From: Subdoligranulum sp.
GTDB lineage: Bacteria; Bacillota; Clostridia; Oscillospirales; Ruminococcaceae
NCBI GenBank assembly: GCA_014799685.1
Contig: JAAVHN010000018.1
Coordinates: forward strand, 85,857-149,856
DNA length: 64,000 bases
Reading direction: 5' to 3'
A program made the translations under genes and the position numbers. Positions 36,801 through 44,837 of this stretch are shown in pieces. Numbering within the stretch: the first letter of the stretch is position 1; every line of letters begins with the position of its first letter. The notes below the pieces were generated by a model, which was not told the DNA's origin, searched no databases, and saw only the letters and a program-made list of their open reading frames with translations.

Positions 36801-36863
36801 TGCTTTTCCCAGAGCGGTCTCCGCTTTGAGAACAAATATTAAAACATTCGGAGGGTATACAAA

Positions 36864-37139
36864 ATGACGAAAGTAGATCTGGTTGCGAAAGTTGCCGCGG
36901 AAGCGGATCTGACCAAAAAGGACGCCGAGAAGGCCGTTGCCGCCGTGCTGGGCGGCATCACCGAGGCGCTGAAGTCCGGGGATAAGGTTTCTCTGGTGGG
37001 CTTCGGCACGTTCGAGGCGAAGCAGCGCGCTGCCCGCACCTGCCGCAATCCCCGCACCGGCGAGCCCACCCCTGTGCCCGCGACGGTCGCGCCCGTCTTC
37101 AAGGCCGGCAAGGCTCTGAAGGACGCCGTGGCGAAATAA
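36864..37139 (+). CDS. hup: HU family DNA-binding protein
   Basis: MTKVDLVAKVAAEADLTKKDAEKAVAAVLGGITEALKSGDKVSLVGFGTFEAKQRAARTCRNPRTGEPTPVPATVAPVFKAGKALKDAV. Confidence 0.95.
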   Translation: MTKVDLVAKVAAEADLTKKDAEKAVAAVLGGITEALKSGDKVSLVGFGTFEAKQRAARTCRNPRTGEPTPVPATVAPVFKAGKALKDAVAK

Positions 37140-37202
37140 GCTTTTTCTTTACCGCCCAAAGCAGTACGCTGCAAACCGGGCAAAACCGAACCAAAAGCGT
37201 TT

Positions 37203-37237
37203 GCAGCCGGGGGATTTCTCCGGCTGCGTTTTTGTTT
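37203..37237 (+). terminator. rho-independent terminator after hup
   Basis: GCAGCCGG (37203-37210) pairs with CCGGCTGC (37220-37227), followed by GTTTTTGTTT. Confidence 0.7.
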
Positions 37238-37301
37238 GCCGCGCCATATTTTGCGCGGCGGGGCCATTGCGGACGATCGTAAATGGGGGAGAAAAAAACC
37301 G

Positions 37302-37664
37302 ATGCAAAAGGAACCGCTTGGAACAGATCGCGTGCGTGTGATCAAAATCGGCAAAGAGGCTTTGTTTGAGTTTCTCTATGAGCAGTTTATCGAGCATCAG
37401 GAACAATTTTTTGATATCGATGCGCTGGAGGCCGCTGATTTTTTTGAGGTGGATTGGGAAAACGGACAGTTCCTTTTCGGCGTCCAGCGATCGGAGGATG
37501 CAGACGGCAATTTCCTCCCCTGCCCCTGTGCGGATCTGGATCTGAAAAAGCTGATGCGCAATCTGCCGGATACGGCATCCTCCCTGTACGCATGCAGCAG
37601 CCGCTATCAGGAATATTCCAAATCTGAATTGCTTGCACTTTCCGAAAAGCCGGAAGAACCATAA
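37302..37664 (+). CDS. hypothetical acidic cytoplasmic protein
   Basis: MQKEPLGTDRVRVIKIGKEALFEFLYEQFIEHQEQFFDIDALEAADFFEVDWENGQFLF... ATG 37302 follows GGGGGAG. No family recognised. Confidence 0.55.
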   Translation: MQKEPLGTDRVRVIKIGKEALFEFLYEQFIEHQEQFFDIDALEAADFFEVDWENGQFLFGVQRSEDADGNFLPCPCADLDLKKLMRNLPDTASSLYACSSRYQEYSKSELLALSEKPEEP

Positions 37665-37690
37665 AAAACTGAAAAAAGGAGGGCATCCCC

Positions 37691-38563
37691 ATGCGCAGCG
37701 TCACCGTACTTGCGCCCGCAAAGCTGAATCTCACCCTGGATATCACGGGCGTCCGGCCGGACGGATACCATACTGTCGATATGATCATGCAGGCCGTGAG
37801 CCTGTACGAGCGCGTCACCGTGCGCAAAAGCGAGGGCTTCTCGCTCGCGCTGCCCGGCTCGAACGTTCCCGCAAACGAGCACAACACCGCGTGGAAGGCG
37901 GCGCGCGCCTTTTTGGACGAGACGGGCCTTTTGGCGGGCGCCGCCATTACGGTGGAAAAGCACGTGCCGGTGCGCGCCGGAATGGCGGGCGGCAGCGCCG
38001 ATGCAGCCGCCGTGCTGGTGGCGCTGAACGCGCTGTACGGCGCGCGCCTCCCCGAAGAAGCGCTCTGCGCCATCGGCGCGCGGGTGGGGGCGGACGTGCC
38101 GTTCTGCATTTTGGGCGGCACGGCGCGGGCCACGGGCATCGGCGAACGGCTGGAACGGCTTTCGCCCTGTCCGCCGTGCTTCTTTACGGTGTGCATGCCA
38201 AAGGGCGGCATCTCCACGCCGCAGGCCTATGCGCGGTACGACGCGCTTGGAACAGACGATCGCCCGGATACGGCCGCCGCGCTTGCGGCGCTTTGTCGGG
38301 GCGACTTGCCGGCGCTCTGCGCGCAGATGAAAAACGCACTCAGCTTTTCCAGCGCCGGCCGCGACACCGCGCCCATCTGCCGCATTCTGCGCGAACACGG
38401 CGCCGCCGCCGCGCTGATGACAGGCAGCGGCGCGGCCGTGTTCGGCGTGTTCGAACGGGAGGCCGCCGCCACCGCCGCGCGCGGCGCGCTGGCCGCCCGG
38501 TATCCGCGCGCCTGGGTGCTTTCCCCGGATCCGCAGGGCGCGCGCATCGTACATACAACCTGA
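37691..38563 (+). CDS. ispE: 4-(cytidine 5'-diphospho)-2-C-methyl-D-erythritol kinase
   Basis: MRSVTVLAPAKLNLTLDITGVRPDGYHTVDMIMQAVSLYE...VEKHVPVRAGMAGGSADAAAVLVALN, the GHMP kinase motif. Confidence 0.92.
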   Translation: MRSVTVLAPAKLNLTLDITGVRPDGYHTVDMIMQAVSLYERVTVRKSEGFSLALPGSNVPANEHNTAWKAARAFLDETGLLAGAAITVEKHVPVRAGMAGGSADAAAVLVALNALYGARLPEEALCAIGARVGADVPFCILGGTARATGIGERLERLSPCPPCFFTVCMPKGGISTPQAYARYDALGTDDRPDTAAALAALCRGDLPALCAQMKNALSFSSAGRDTAPICRILREHGAAAALMTGSGAAVFGVFEREAAATAARGALAARYPRAWVLSPDPQGARIVHTT

Positions 38564-38633
38564 GGAACCTCTGAGTCAATTGCCGCGCGTCTCTGCGGCA
38601 ATTGATTCAGAGCTTCCCTGACCGGCTTCAAAC

Positions 38634-38676
38634 AAAAGAGCGATCCCTCCTGACGCGGGACCGCTCTTTTGTTTTT
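38634..38676 (+). terminator. rho-independent terminator after ispE
   Basis: AAAAGAGCG ... CGCTCTTTT followed by GTTTTT. It is preceded by another hairpin, TCAATTGCCGC/GCGGCAATTGA, at about 38575-38607. Confidence 0.65.
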
Positions 38677-38836
38677 ATGGCCTTTGCACCATGCGCAGGC
38701 GCGTCCATGGGCCAACCGCCGCGCAGCGGCGGCGTTTGGGCCGGGGGAAAACTTACCCGCCGAACCGGTCCGCCGGCTGCATCAAAGCTTTTCGAAAAAA
38801 ACGGCTGAAAAAATATGGCTGCGGCTGATTCAAATA

Positions 38837-38865
38837 ATGACAAACGCAGAAAAACATGGTATAAT
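38837..38865 (+). promoter_or_regulatory. sigma-70-type promoter for the hybrid histidine kinase
   Basis: ATGACA (38837-38842), 17 nt, TATAAT (38860-38865). Confidence 0.5.
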
Positions 38866-38936
38866 TTTATAATCAGCCGAAAACCGGCCATCAGTTTTTA
38901 AAACACACAATACCTTACCGAAAGAGGGTGCAGAAA

Positions 38937-41174
38937 ATGAAGATGCCCATCGAAGAAGAACGCCTCATGGAACGGGTATGGATGGTTTTGCGCCTTGCCG
39001 GGGAAAACGGGCTGGAAGCCGAGGCGATCGACGCGCTGCCGCCGGAAGCGCTTTCTGCGCAGGGGATCGATCCGGATATGCTGCGGGAGGTGCGCGGATT
39101 TCTGCAGTTTTTGGACGAGATCCCCGGCAGCTTTCTCATTTACCGCGCCTCGGACGACGAGCGCATCGTCTTCGCGAACCGGGGGCTTTTGCGGCTGTTT
39201 GGGTGCGCATCCATCGCGGAGCTGCGCGCGCTCACGGGCAATTCGTTCCGGGGTATTGTGCATCCCGACGACCTCGACGCCGTGGAACAAAGCATCTCCC
39301 GGCAGATCGAGGGCAGCGACGGCCGGCTGGACTATGTGGAATACCGCATCCGGCGCAAGGACGGCACGGTGCGCCGTGTGGAGGATTACGGCCATTTGGT
39401 GCACGGCCGGAACACGGAGGATTTTTTCTATGTGTTTCTGGGCGACGCAACGGAAAAATACGAGCGCCGCGAACGCGAGCGCATTCTGCTCCAGAGCGCC
39501 GCGCGGGAAAAAGACCGCGAAATGCAAAAGCTCATCCAGCATTATGACGCCGAGCGCGCGCTGATCAATCAGGAATACCTGCGCCGCCTCGAGGTGATTG
39601 AGGGTCTCAGCATCAACTACGAATCGATTCTGTTTGCCGACCTCGATGCCGACCAGGTGCTGCCGTACCGGCTGAGCGTGCGCACGCAGCCCATGTTTGA
39701 AACACACCTTTCCCTGCGTGCATACAGCGAATATGCGGCGGAGTACGCGCAGCGCTGGGTACATCCCGAGGACCGGGAACGGGTTGCCAGGATGACCTCC
39801 GTCGGCCACATCCGGGAGGCGCTGGCGCAAAATTCATCCTTCTATTTCAATTACCGCGTGCTGATGGAGGAAGAGACGCAATATCTCCAGCTGCGCGTCG
39901 TCGCCGTTGGGGAAAGCGAGGGCCGGTGCTCGCAGATCGTATTGGGCTTTCGCAGTGTGGACGAGGAGATCCGGCGCGAGATGGAGCAAAAGCAGATCCT
40001 CGCGCAGGCGCTTACCAACGCAAACCTCGCCGTCACGGCCAAAAATACATTCCTCTCCAACATGTCGCACGATTTGCGCACACCGCTGAATGCGATCATC
40101 GGCTTTGCGCAGCTTGCAAAAAATTATGCCGGCGACCCAAAAGAACTGCTTGGATATCTCGATCGCATCGAGGCATCCGGCCGGCAGCTGTTTGAACTCA
40201 TCAGCAAGCTGCTGGAGCTGGCGAATATGGAATCGGAGGAATCCTCCGTGGCCGAGGTGGAATGCGTTCTGCGCGACATCGCACAGGATGTTTACCACTA
40301 CCTGCGCCCGCAGGCACAGGAAAAGGCCATCGATTTTTCCATGGAGATCGGCCGCCTGCGGCACGAGACGATTTTCAGCGATCCGGAAAAGCTGCATCAG
40401 CTGCTGATGTATCTTGCCAACAACGCAATCACTTACACGCCGCCGGAAGGGCGTGTGACGATCTCCATCGAGGAAAAAGAAGAAAAACTCGGACAGTATG
40501 CGTCTTACAGCATCCGTGTGCAGGATACGGGCATCGGTATCGGAGAGGAATTTCTGGAACAGATCTTTGAGCCGTTCTCCCGCGAAAAAAACACCACGCT
40601 CAGCGGCGTGCATGGCGCAGGGCTGGGGCTTTCCATCGTCAAGAACATCGTCGACATGATGGGCGGCACCATCGACGTGCAGAGCAGGCCGGACGAGGGC
40701 AGCACCTTCACGGTCGGGCTGAATTTCCGCGTGCGGGAAGATAAAGCGCCCACTCTTCGGGCGAAGGAAGCCGATACACCGCCCGTGTGCGGCAGGAACG
40801 TTCTTGTTGTGGAAGACAACGAGATCAATATGCAGATCGAAAAGGCGCTGCTGAAGATGAAAGGCTTTTCCGTGGATACCGCAGAGGACGGCAGCATCGC
40901 GCTGGAAAAGATACGCCGCGCCGCACCCGGCCAATACGACGTGATCCTGATGGATCTGCAAATGCCGGTGATGGACGGCTGGCAGGCCGCCGCAGAGATC
41001 CGGAAGTTAGAGAACCCGGCGCTCGCGAGCATCCCGATCATCGCCGTCAGCGCCAATTCCCTCAAAGAGGATGTGCGCCACTCGATGGAGAGCGGCATGA
41101 ACGCCCACCTGCCCAAGCCCATCGACATCAACGAGATCGTGCGGCAGATCGAGGCGCTGGTGCCAGGCATGTGA
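38937..41174 (+). CDS. PAS-domain hybrid sensor histidine kinase / response regulator
   Basis: Cytoplasmic (no TM seen). PAS (RIVFANRGLLRLFG...YVEYRIRRKDGTVRRVED), a second PAS-like region, HisKA (FLSNMSHDLRTPLNAI), HATPase (NAITYTP...DTGIGI...GAGLGLSIV), and a C-terminal REC (VLVVEDNEINMQI...ILMDLQMPVMDG...LPKP). ATG 38937 follows GAGGG. Confidence 0.9.
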   Translation: MKMPIEEERLMERVWMVLRLAGENGLEAEAIDALPPEALSAQGIDPDMLREVRGFLQFLDEIPGSFLIYRASDDERIVFANRGLLRLFGCASIAELRALTGNSFRGIVHPDDLDAVEQSISRQIEGSDGRLDYVEYRIRRKDGTVRRVEDYGHLVHGRNTEDFFYVFLGDATEKYERRERERILLQSAAREKDREMQKLIQHYDAERALINQEYLRRLEVIEGLSINYESILFADLDADQVLPYRLSVRTQPMFETHLSLRAYSEYAAEYAQRWVHPEDRERVARMTSVGHIREALAQNSSFYFNYRVLMEEETQYLQLRVVAVGESEGRCSQIVLGFRSVDEEIRREMEQKQILAQALTNANLAVTAKNTFLSNMSHDLRTPLNAIIGFAQLAKNYAGDPKELLGYLDRIEASGRQLFELISKLLELANMESEESSVAEVECVLRDIAQDVYHYLRPQAQEKAIDFSMEIGRLRHETIFSDPEKLHQLLMYLANNAITYTPPEGRVTISIEEKEEKLGQYASYSIRVQDTGIGIGEEFLEQIFEPFSREKNTTLSGVHGAGLGLSIVKNIVDMMGGTIDVQSRPDEGSTFTVGLNFRVREDKAPTLRAKEADTPPVCGRNVLVVEDNEINMQIEKALLKMKGFSVDTAEDGSIALEKIRRAAPGQYDVILMDLQMPVMDGWQAAAEIRKLENPALASIPIIAVSANSLKEDVRHSMESGMNAHLPKPIDINEIVRQIEALVPGM

Positions 41175-41270
41175 TCCATCCCCCGCCCCCGGCACTGCCG
41201 GGGACACCCGCAAAAAAGGCGTATCACGGAACGCGAAGTCCTGCGATACGCCTGCCCTTACAAACACTTT

Positions 41271-41315
41271 GGGGCTGTTGCGCAAGGTTTTTCCTTGGAC
41301 AACAGCCCCTTTTTC
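41271..41315 (+). terminator. rho-independent terminator, homologous in sequence to the one at 3390-3440
   Basis: GGGGCTGTTGC (41271-41281) pairs with CAACAGCCCC (41300-41309), followed by TTTTTC. The loop holds the same inner CAAGG/CCTTG hairpin as the 3390 element. Confidence 0.6.
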
Positions 41316-41334
41316 AATATCCCCCGACGGAAGC

Positions 41335-42999
41335 TTACGAGTGGTGCGCGTCGGCATGATGGCCGGAAGAATGGCCGGAATGATGACCGGAAGCGCCGGA
41401 ATTGCCGGAATTGCCAAAGCTGCCGGGCGCATTGGAAGCCGCTGTGCCGTGGTGGTGGCCTGCCTCGGTGCAGTCGAGCGCACAGGCGTGGTGGTGTTCA
41501 TAATCGGCGCAATCGGCAGGGCAATCGTGGTGGTGCGCGGCGTCCGTGCAGGCGGGGTCGCTGCAGCCCATGCCGGGGAGGAAGGCTGCTGCGGCAGGGG
41601 CTGCATCGGGCGTGCCCGGCAAGGGCGGATCGCTTTGCGTGTTCCCCTCCTGCATATTATTCGCGCCCGGGGATCCGGCTGTACCCGAGGGATTCGCCGC
41701 CCCTGCGGGATTGGCTGTGCCCGAAGGATTCGCTGCCCCTGCGGGATTCACTGTACCCGAGGGGGCGGCGGGATTCGGGCTTACCGGTATCACGGAGCAG
41801 CCCACCAGCGTGCCCAGGCTCATTGCCAGGATGACGGCGCATACAAACACCGCCGCACCGTTCTTCTTTTCCGTTTTTGTCAAAATATTTTGGAACCGTT
41901 TTTTCATAATCCGTTTTCCTCCGTAAAAATTCGTTGACAGCGCGGTCTTTTTGGCGCTTTGTTTCTGCAGTGCAGAGAGCAGCGCCTCTGCGTACGCTTT
42001 CCGCTCCGGATAGCTGAGATCCTTTATCACCCGTTCGTCACAGGATAGCTCCATATCGACCGCCGCTTCCCGCTGCATCACCCAGACCAGCGGATTCCAC
42101 CAGTAAACCGCGCGAACGGCCTCAAAAAGCAGCTTGCAATACAAGTCTCCCCGTTTCAGGTGAACGAGCTCATGCTTCAAAATAAAAGAGAGTTCCTCCG
42201 CGCTGTATTGCGCCTTTGGCAGCACCAGAACAGGGCGTAAAAAGCCGGTGAGCATGGGGCTGGAGGCCTCCGGGTACCCTATGACGGATACCGCGCTGCG
42301 GATTTGCAATTCGCCTTTCAGCTTCCGCAGCAGGCGCAAAACCGCTTCATCCTGTACGGCACTGCCTTTTTTGCGAAGCCGGCGCCGATAGAGCAGATAG
42401 CTGCCCAGGGGTACGCACATCATGGCCACGCTGCCGGACACCCAGACGCCGGCGATGAGGTCCAGCCATGAAATACGGTTGCCCGTATCTTCCGGCTGCG
42501 CCGCAATGGGCGCTGTCATTTGCGCCGGGAGCGCAACGATCACCCGCCCGCGGGGCGCTTCGGCGGCCGGTGTCTCCGGCGCTGTTTGTCCCCGTTCCGG
42601 TTCCGCTTCGGGCGCCGGTTCCGGCTCCAATTCCGGATTGGCTTCGGACGCCGATCCCGGCTCCAATTCCGGATTGGCTTCGGACGCCGATCCCGGCTCC
42701 AATTCCGGATTGGCTTCGGACGCTGATCCCGGCTCCAATTCCGGCCCCGACCCCAGCTTCGTTTCGGGCGCCGGGCCTGCCATTGCCGGAATTTCCCCCT
42801 GCGGCCGCAGCTCTGCCGCCGTTCCCCCGCTGCCTCCCCCGAACGGGAACAGCAGCCGCGCTGCCAGCACGATCCAGACCCAATACTTCCACCTTGCGGC
42901 ATAGCGCCGATCGAAAAGCGGTGTGAGCAACAGCAGCAAAACGATCATCAGGCTGACCGGGAGCGAGATCTCTAAAAAAGCAAGAAACAGATCCGTCAT
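41335..42999 (-). CDS. BlaR1/MecR1-like M56 family membrane metalloprotease with a low-complexity, His/Cys-rich extracytoplasmic C-terminal tail
   Basis: 554 aa. N-terminal TMs, (GSASEANPELEP)x3 loop repeat, HExxH (KHELVHLKRGD), final TM (AAVFVCAVILAMSLGTLVGC), Pro/Ala/Gly repeats, then CSDPACTDAAHHHDCPADCADYEHHHACALDCTEAGHHH...GHHSGHSSGHHADAHHS. There is an ATGA overlap with the upstream BlaI-family gene. Confidence 0.85.
   Translation of the reverse strand: MTDLFLAFLEISLPVSLMIVLLLLLTPLFDRRYAARWKYWVWIVLAARLLFPFGGGSGGTAAELRPQGEIPAMAGPAPETKLGSGPELEPGSASEANPELEPGSASEANPELEPGSASEANPELEPEPAPEAEPERGQTAPETPAAEAPRGRVIVALPAQMTAPIAAQPEDTGNRISWLDLIAGVWVSGSVAMMCVPLGSYLLYRRRLRKKGSAVQDEAVLRLLRKLKGELQIRSAVSVIGYPEASSPMLTGFLRPVLVLPKAQYSAEELSFILKHELVHLKRGDLYCKLLFEAVRAVYWWNPLVWVMQREAAVDMELSCDERVIKDLSYPERKAYAEALLSALQKQSAKKTALSTNFYGGKRIMKKRFQNILTKTEKKNGAAVFVCAVILAMSLGTLVGCSVIPVSPNPAAPSGTVNPAGAANPSGTANPAGAANPSGTAGSPGANNMQEGNTQSDPPLPGTPDAAPAAAAFLPGMGCSDPACTDAAHHHDCPADCADYEHHHACALDCTEAGHHHGTAASNAPGSFGNSGNSGASGHHSGHSSGHHADAHHS
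42623..42744. repeat. near-perfect 36-bp in-frame tandem repeat, 3.4 copies, inside the M56 gene
   Basis: GGCTCCAATTCCGGATTGGCTTCGGACGCCGATCCC starts at 42623, 42659 and 42695 (one C-to-T change), with a partial copy to 42744. It encodes GSASEANPELEP repeats on the minus strand. Confidence 0.95.
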
Positions 43000-43385
43000 C
43001 GCCGCTCGTCCTCCAGCCGGTCCAGAAACGCCCTCAGCTCCGCGATATCAGAATCCCCGATCGCCCGGTCGCTGTACAGTGTCGCCACGAGATCCTGTAT
43101 GGAATTGTGATACAGCTTTTCCAGAAAACGCCTGCTTGTACCCGCTTTGTATGCGTGCTCCGGGATCACCGGGGAATACAGATTGCTACCCGTCGAACGG
43201 TCGCAGCTTACAAAGCCCTTGCCGCACAGCCGTGCCAGGGAGGTCATCAAGGTGGAAAGCTGCCACTTTCTTCGCGCCTGTAATTCTTTTAAGATATAAT
43301 TCGAGGGCACCGGGGCCTCGCTGCTCCAGATCACCTGCATGATCTCCAGCTCCGCCTCGCCCAGCTTCTTCTGCGTATTATCCAT
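42996..43385 (-). CDS. BlaI/MecI/CopY family transcriptional repressor
   Basis: MDNTQKKLGEAELEIMQVIWSSEAPVPSNYILKELQARRKWQLSTLMTSLARLCGKGFVSCDRSTGSNLYSPVI...DIAELRAFLDRLE, the winged-helix Penicillinase_R pattern with no CopY-type C-terminal Cys motif. ATG 43385 follows GGGAGGG. Confidence 0.85.
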   Translation of the reverse strand: MDNTQKKLGEAELEIMQVIWSSEAPVPSNYILKELQARRKWQLSTLMTSLARLCGKGFVSCDRSTGSNLYSPVIPEHAYKAGTSRRFLEKLYHNSIQDLVATLYSDRAIGDSDIAELRAFLDRLEDERR

Positions 43386-43423
43386 CCCATGTGCCCTCCC
43401 GGTATGATGCGCCCGCATATCCA

Positions 43424-43453
43424 TATTATACAAGCGTATAATACAGGTGTCAA
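43424..43453 (-). promoter_or_regulatory. consensus promoter with overlapping 20-bp palindromic operator for the blaI/blaR1-like operon 1
   Basis: Minus strand reads TTGACA (43448-43453), 17 nt, TATAAT (43425-43430). The palindrome TATTATAC-GCTT-GTATAATA (43424-43443) covers the spacer and the -10. Confidence 0.6.
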
Positions 43454-43600
43454 GCCTTTTGTAAAAATCCCCATTCGGTACTGTATTGCTGCGCGCAAAA
43501 TCTCGGGGAACACATCGGCGGTTTTCGTGGAACGCGCCGGCCCGGCAATCAGAAACCGAATTGGAATTTTCCGGAAATCTGTGAAAGCTGCAGCCTCCCG

Positions 43601-44491
43601 CTACACCCCTTCCAAATCAAAGGCAGGAGTGTATTCTTCTTTTGCGCTGCTGCGCTGCTGCATGTAGCCCTCTTCCAGCCCCAGCGATACCGCGTAGTCC
43701 ACGGCGCGCCGGTATTCATACGTAGAGATGCGGCGGCTGAGCGCCTTGTGCTGCGCCGCCTTGTAAAACGGCGTATACTGGCTCATCAAACTCAGCAAAA
43801 AGCCGCCGCGCGGCAGCGCGGCCAGATAGTCCAGCACGGCGCGGGTATCCGCGTCCGCGTTCGGCAGCGCCAGATGACGCACGATCACGCCGCTTTGCAG
43901 CATGCCGTCCGCATCGAACCGGGGCGGGCCCGCCTGCGCGAGCATCGCCTCCAGCGCGGCGCTTGCCACGGTAAAATAATCCGGCGCGGCGGAATACTCC
44001 GCCGAAAGCGCGGCGGAGCAGTATTTGAAATCCGTCAGCCAGATATCCACATACCCGCGCAGTGCGGCGACGGCCTGTGCCGTCTCGTACCCGCCCGTAT
44101 TGTATACCACCGGGATCGAGAGCCTGCCTTTTACAAGATCCAGCGCCGCGCATACCCACGGCAGGTAGTGCCCCGCCGTGACAAGGTTCAGATTGTGCGC
44201 GCCCTGCTGCTGCAGCGAAAGGAAAATTTCCGCAAGGCGCTCCACGGAAATTTCTTTGCCGAAATTTCCGGCGCTGATGGCATGGTTCTGGCAGTAGCAG
44301 CACCGCAGCGCGCAGCCGGAAAAGAACACCGTGCCGCTGCCGCGCACACCGGAGATGCACGGCTCCTCCCAAAAATGCAGCGCCGCCCGCGCGGCCTTTA
44401 TGCGCGCGCCGCCGCCGCAGAGGCCCTGCGTCTTCGTCCTGTCCGCCCCGCACCGCCGCGGGCACAGGGTGCAGTGTGTGGGAATGTTCAT
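43601..44491 (-). CDS. radical SAM protein, PflX-like (putative glycyl-radical activating enzyme family)
   Basis: MNIPTHCTLCPRRCGADRTKTQGLCG...VFFSGCALRCCYCQN (CxxxCxxC) ...LVTAGHYLP. 296 aa. RBS AAAGGAGGG. Confidence 0.8.
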   Translation of the reverse strand: MNIPTHCTLCPRRCGADRTKTQGLCGGGARIKAARAALHFWEEPCISGVRGSGTVFFSGCALRCCYCQNHAISAGNFGKEISVERLAEIFLSLQQQGAHNLNLVTAGHYLPWVCAALDLVKGRLSIPVVYNTGGYETAQAVAALRGYVDIWLTDFKYCSAALSAEYSAAPDYFTVASAALEAMLAQAGPPRFDADGMLQSGVIVRHLALPNADADTRAVLDYLAALPRGGFLLSLMSQYTPFYKAAQHKALSRRISTYEYRRAVDYAVSLGLEEGYMQQRSSAKEEYTPAFDLEGV

Positions 44492-44837
44492 TGGGCGGCC
44501 CTCCTTTCTTTTGCGTTCCCCGCTTTGTACAAATTGCCTGCCGCGCGAGACCTGTATGCAGAAAGCGATTTTTCGCGCGTGTTGTCGTTTGTATCACTTA
44601 TGCCGCCTGCTTCATTTTCTTCATTTGCGATGTTGCTTTGTATGCATCGAATAGTATACCATCTTTTTCCGATTTGTGGTATACTGTATTCATTCTAAAA
44701 GCTCTGCGTCTGTCATTCGACGGCCGGCCGCACCGGCGGCGGTTCCAAACGCGGCGCGATGCGGGAACAAAGCTTCCCCGCCATTTTTCTGCCATTTACC
44801 GGCATTTGCCATCACTTTCATCGGGAGGGAGCAGACG

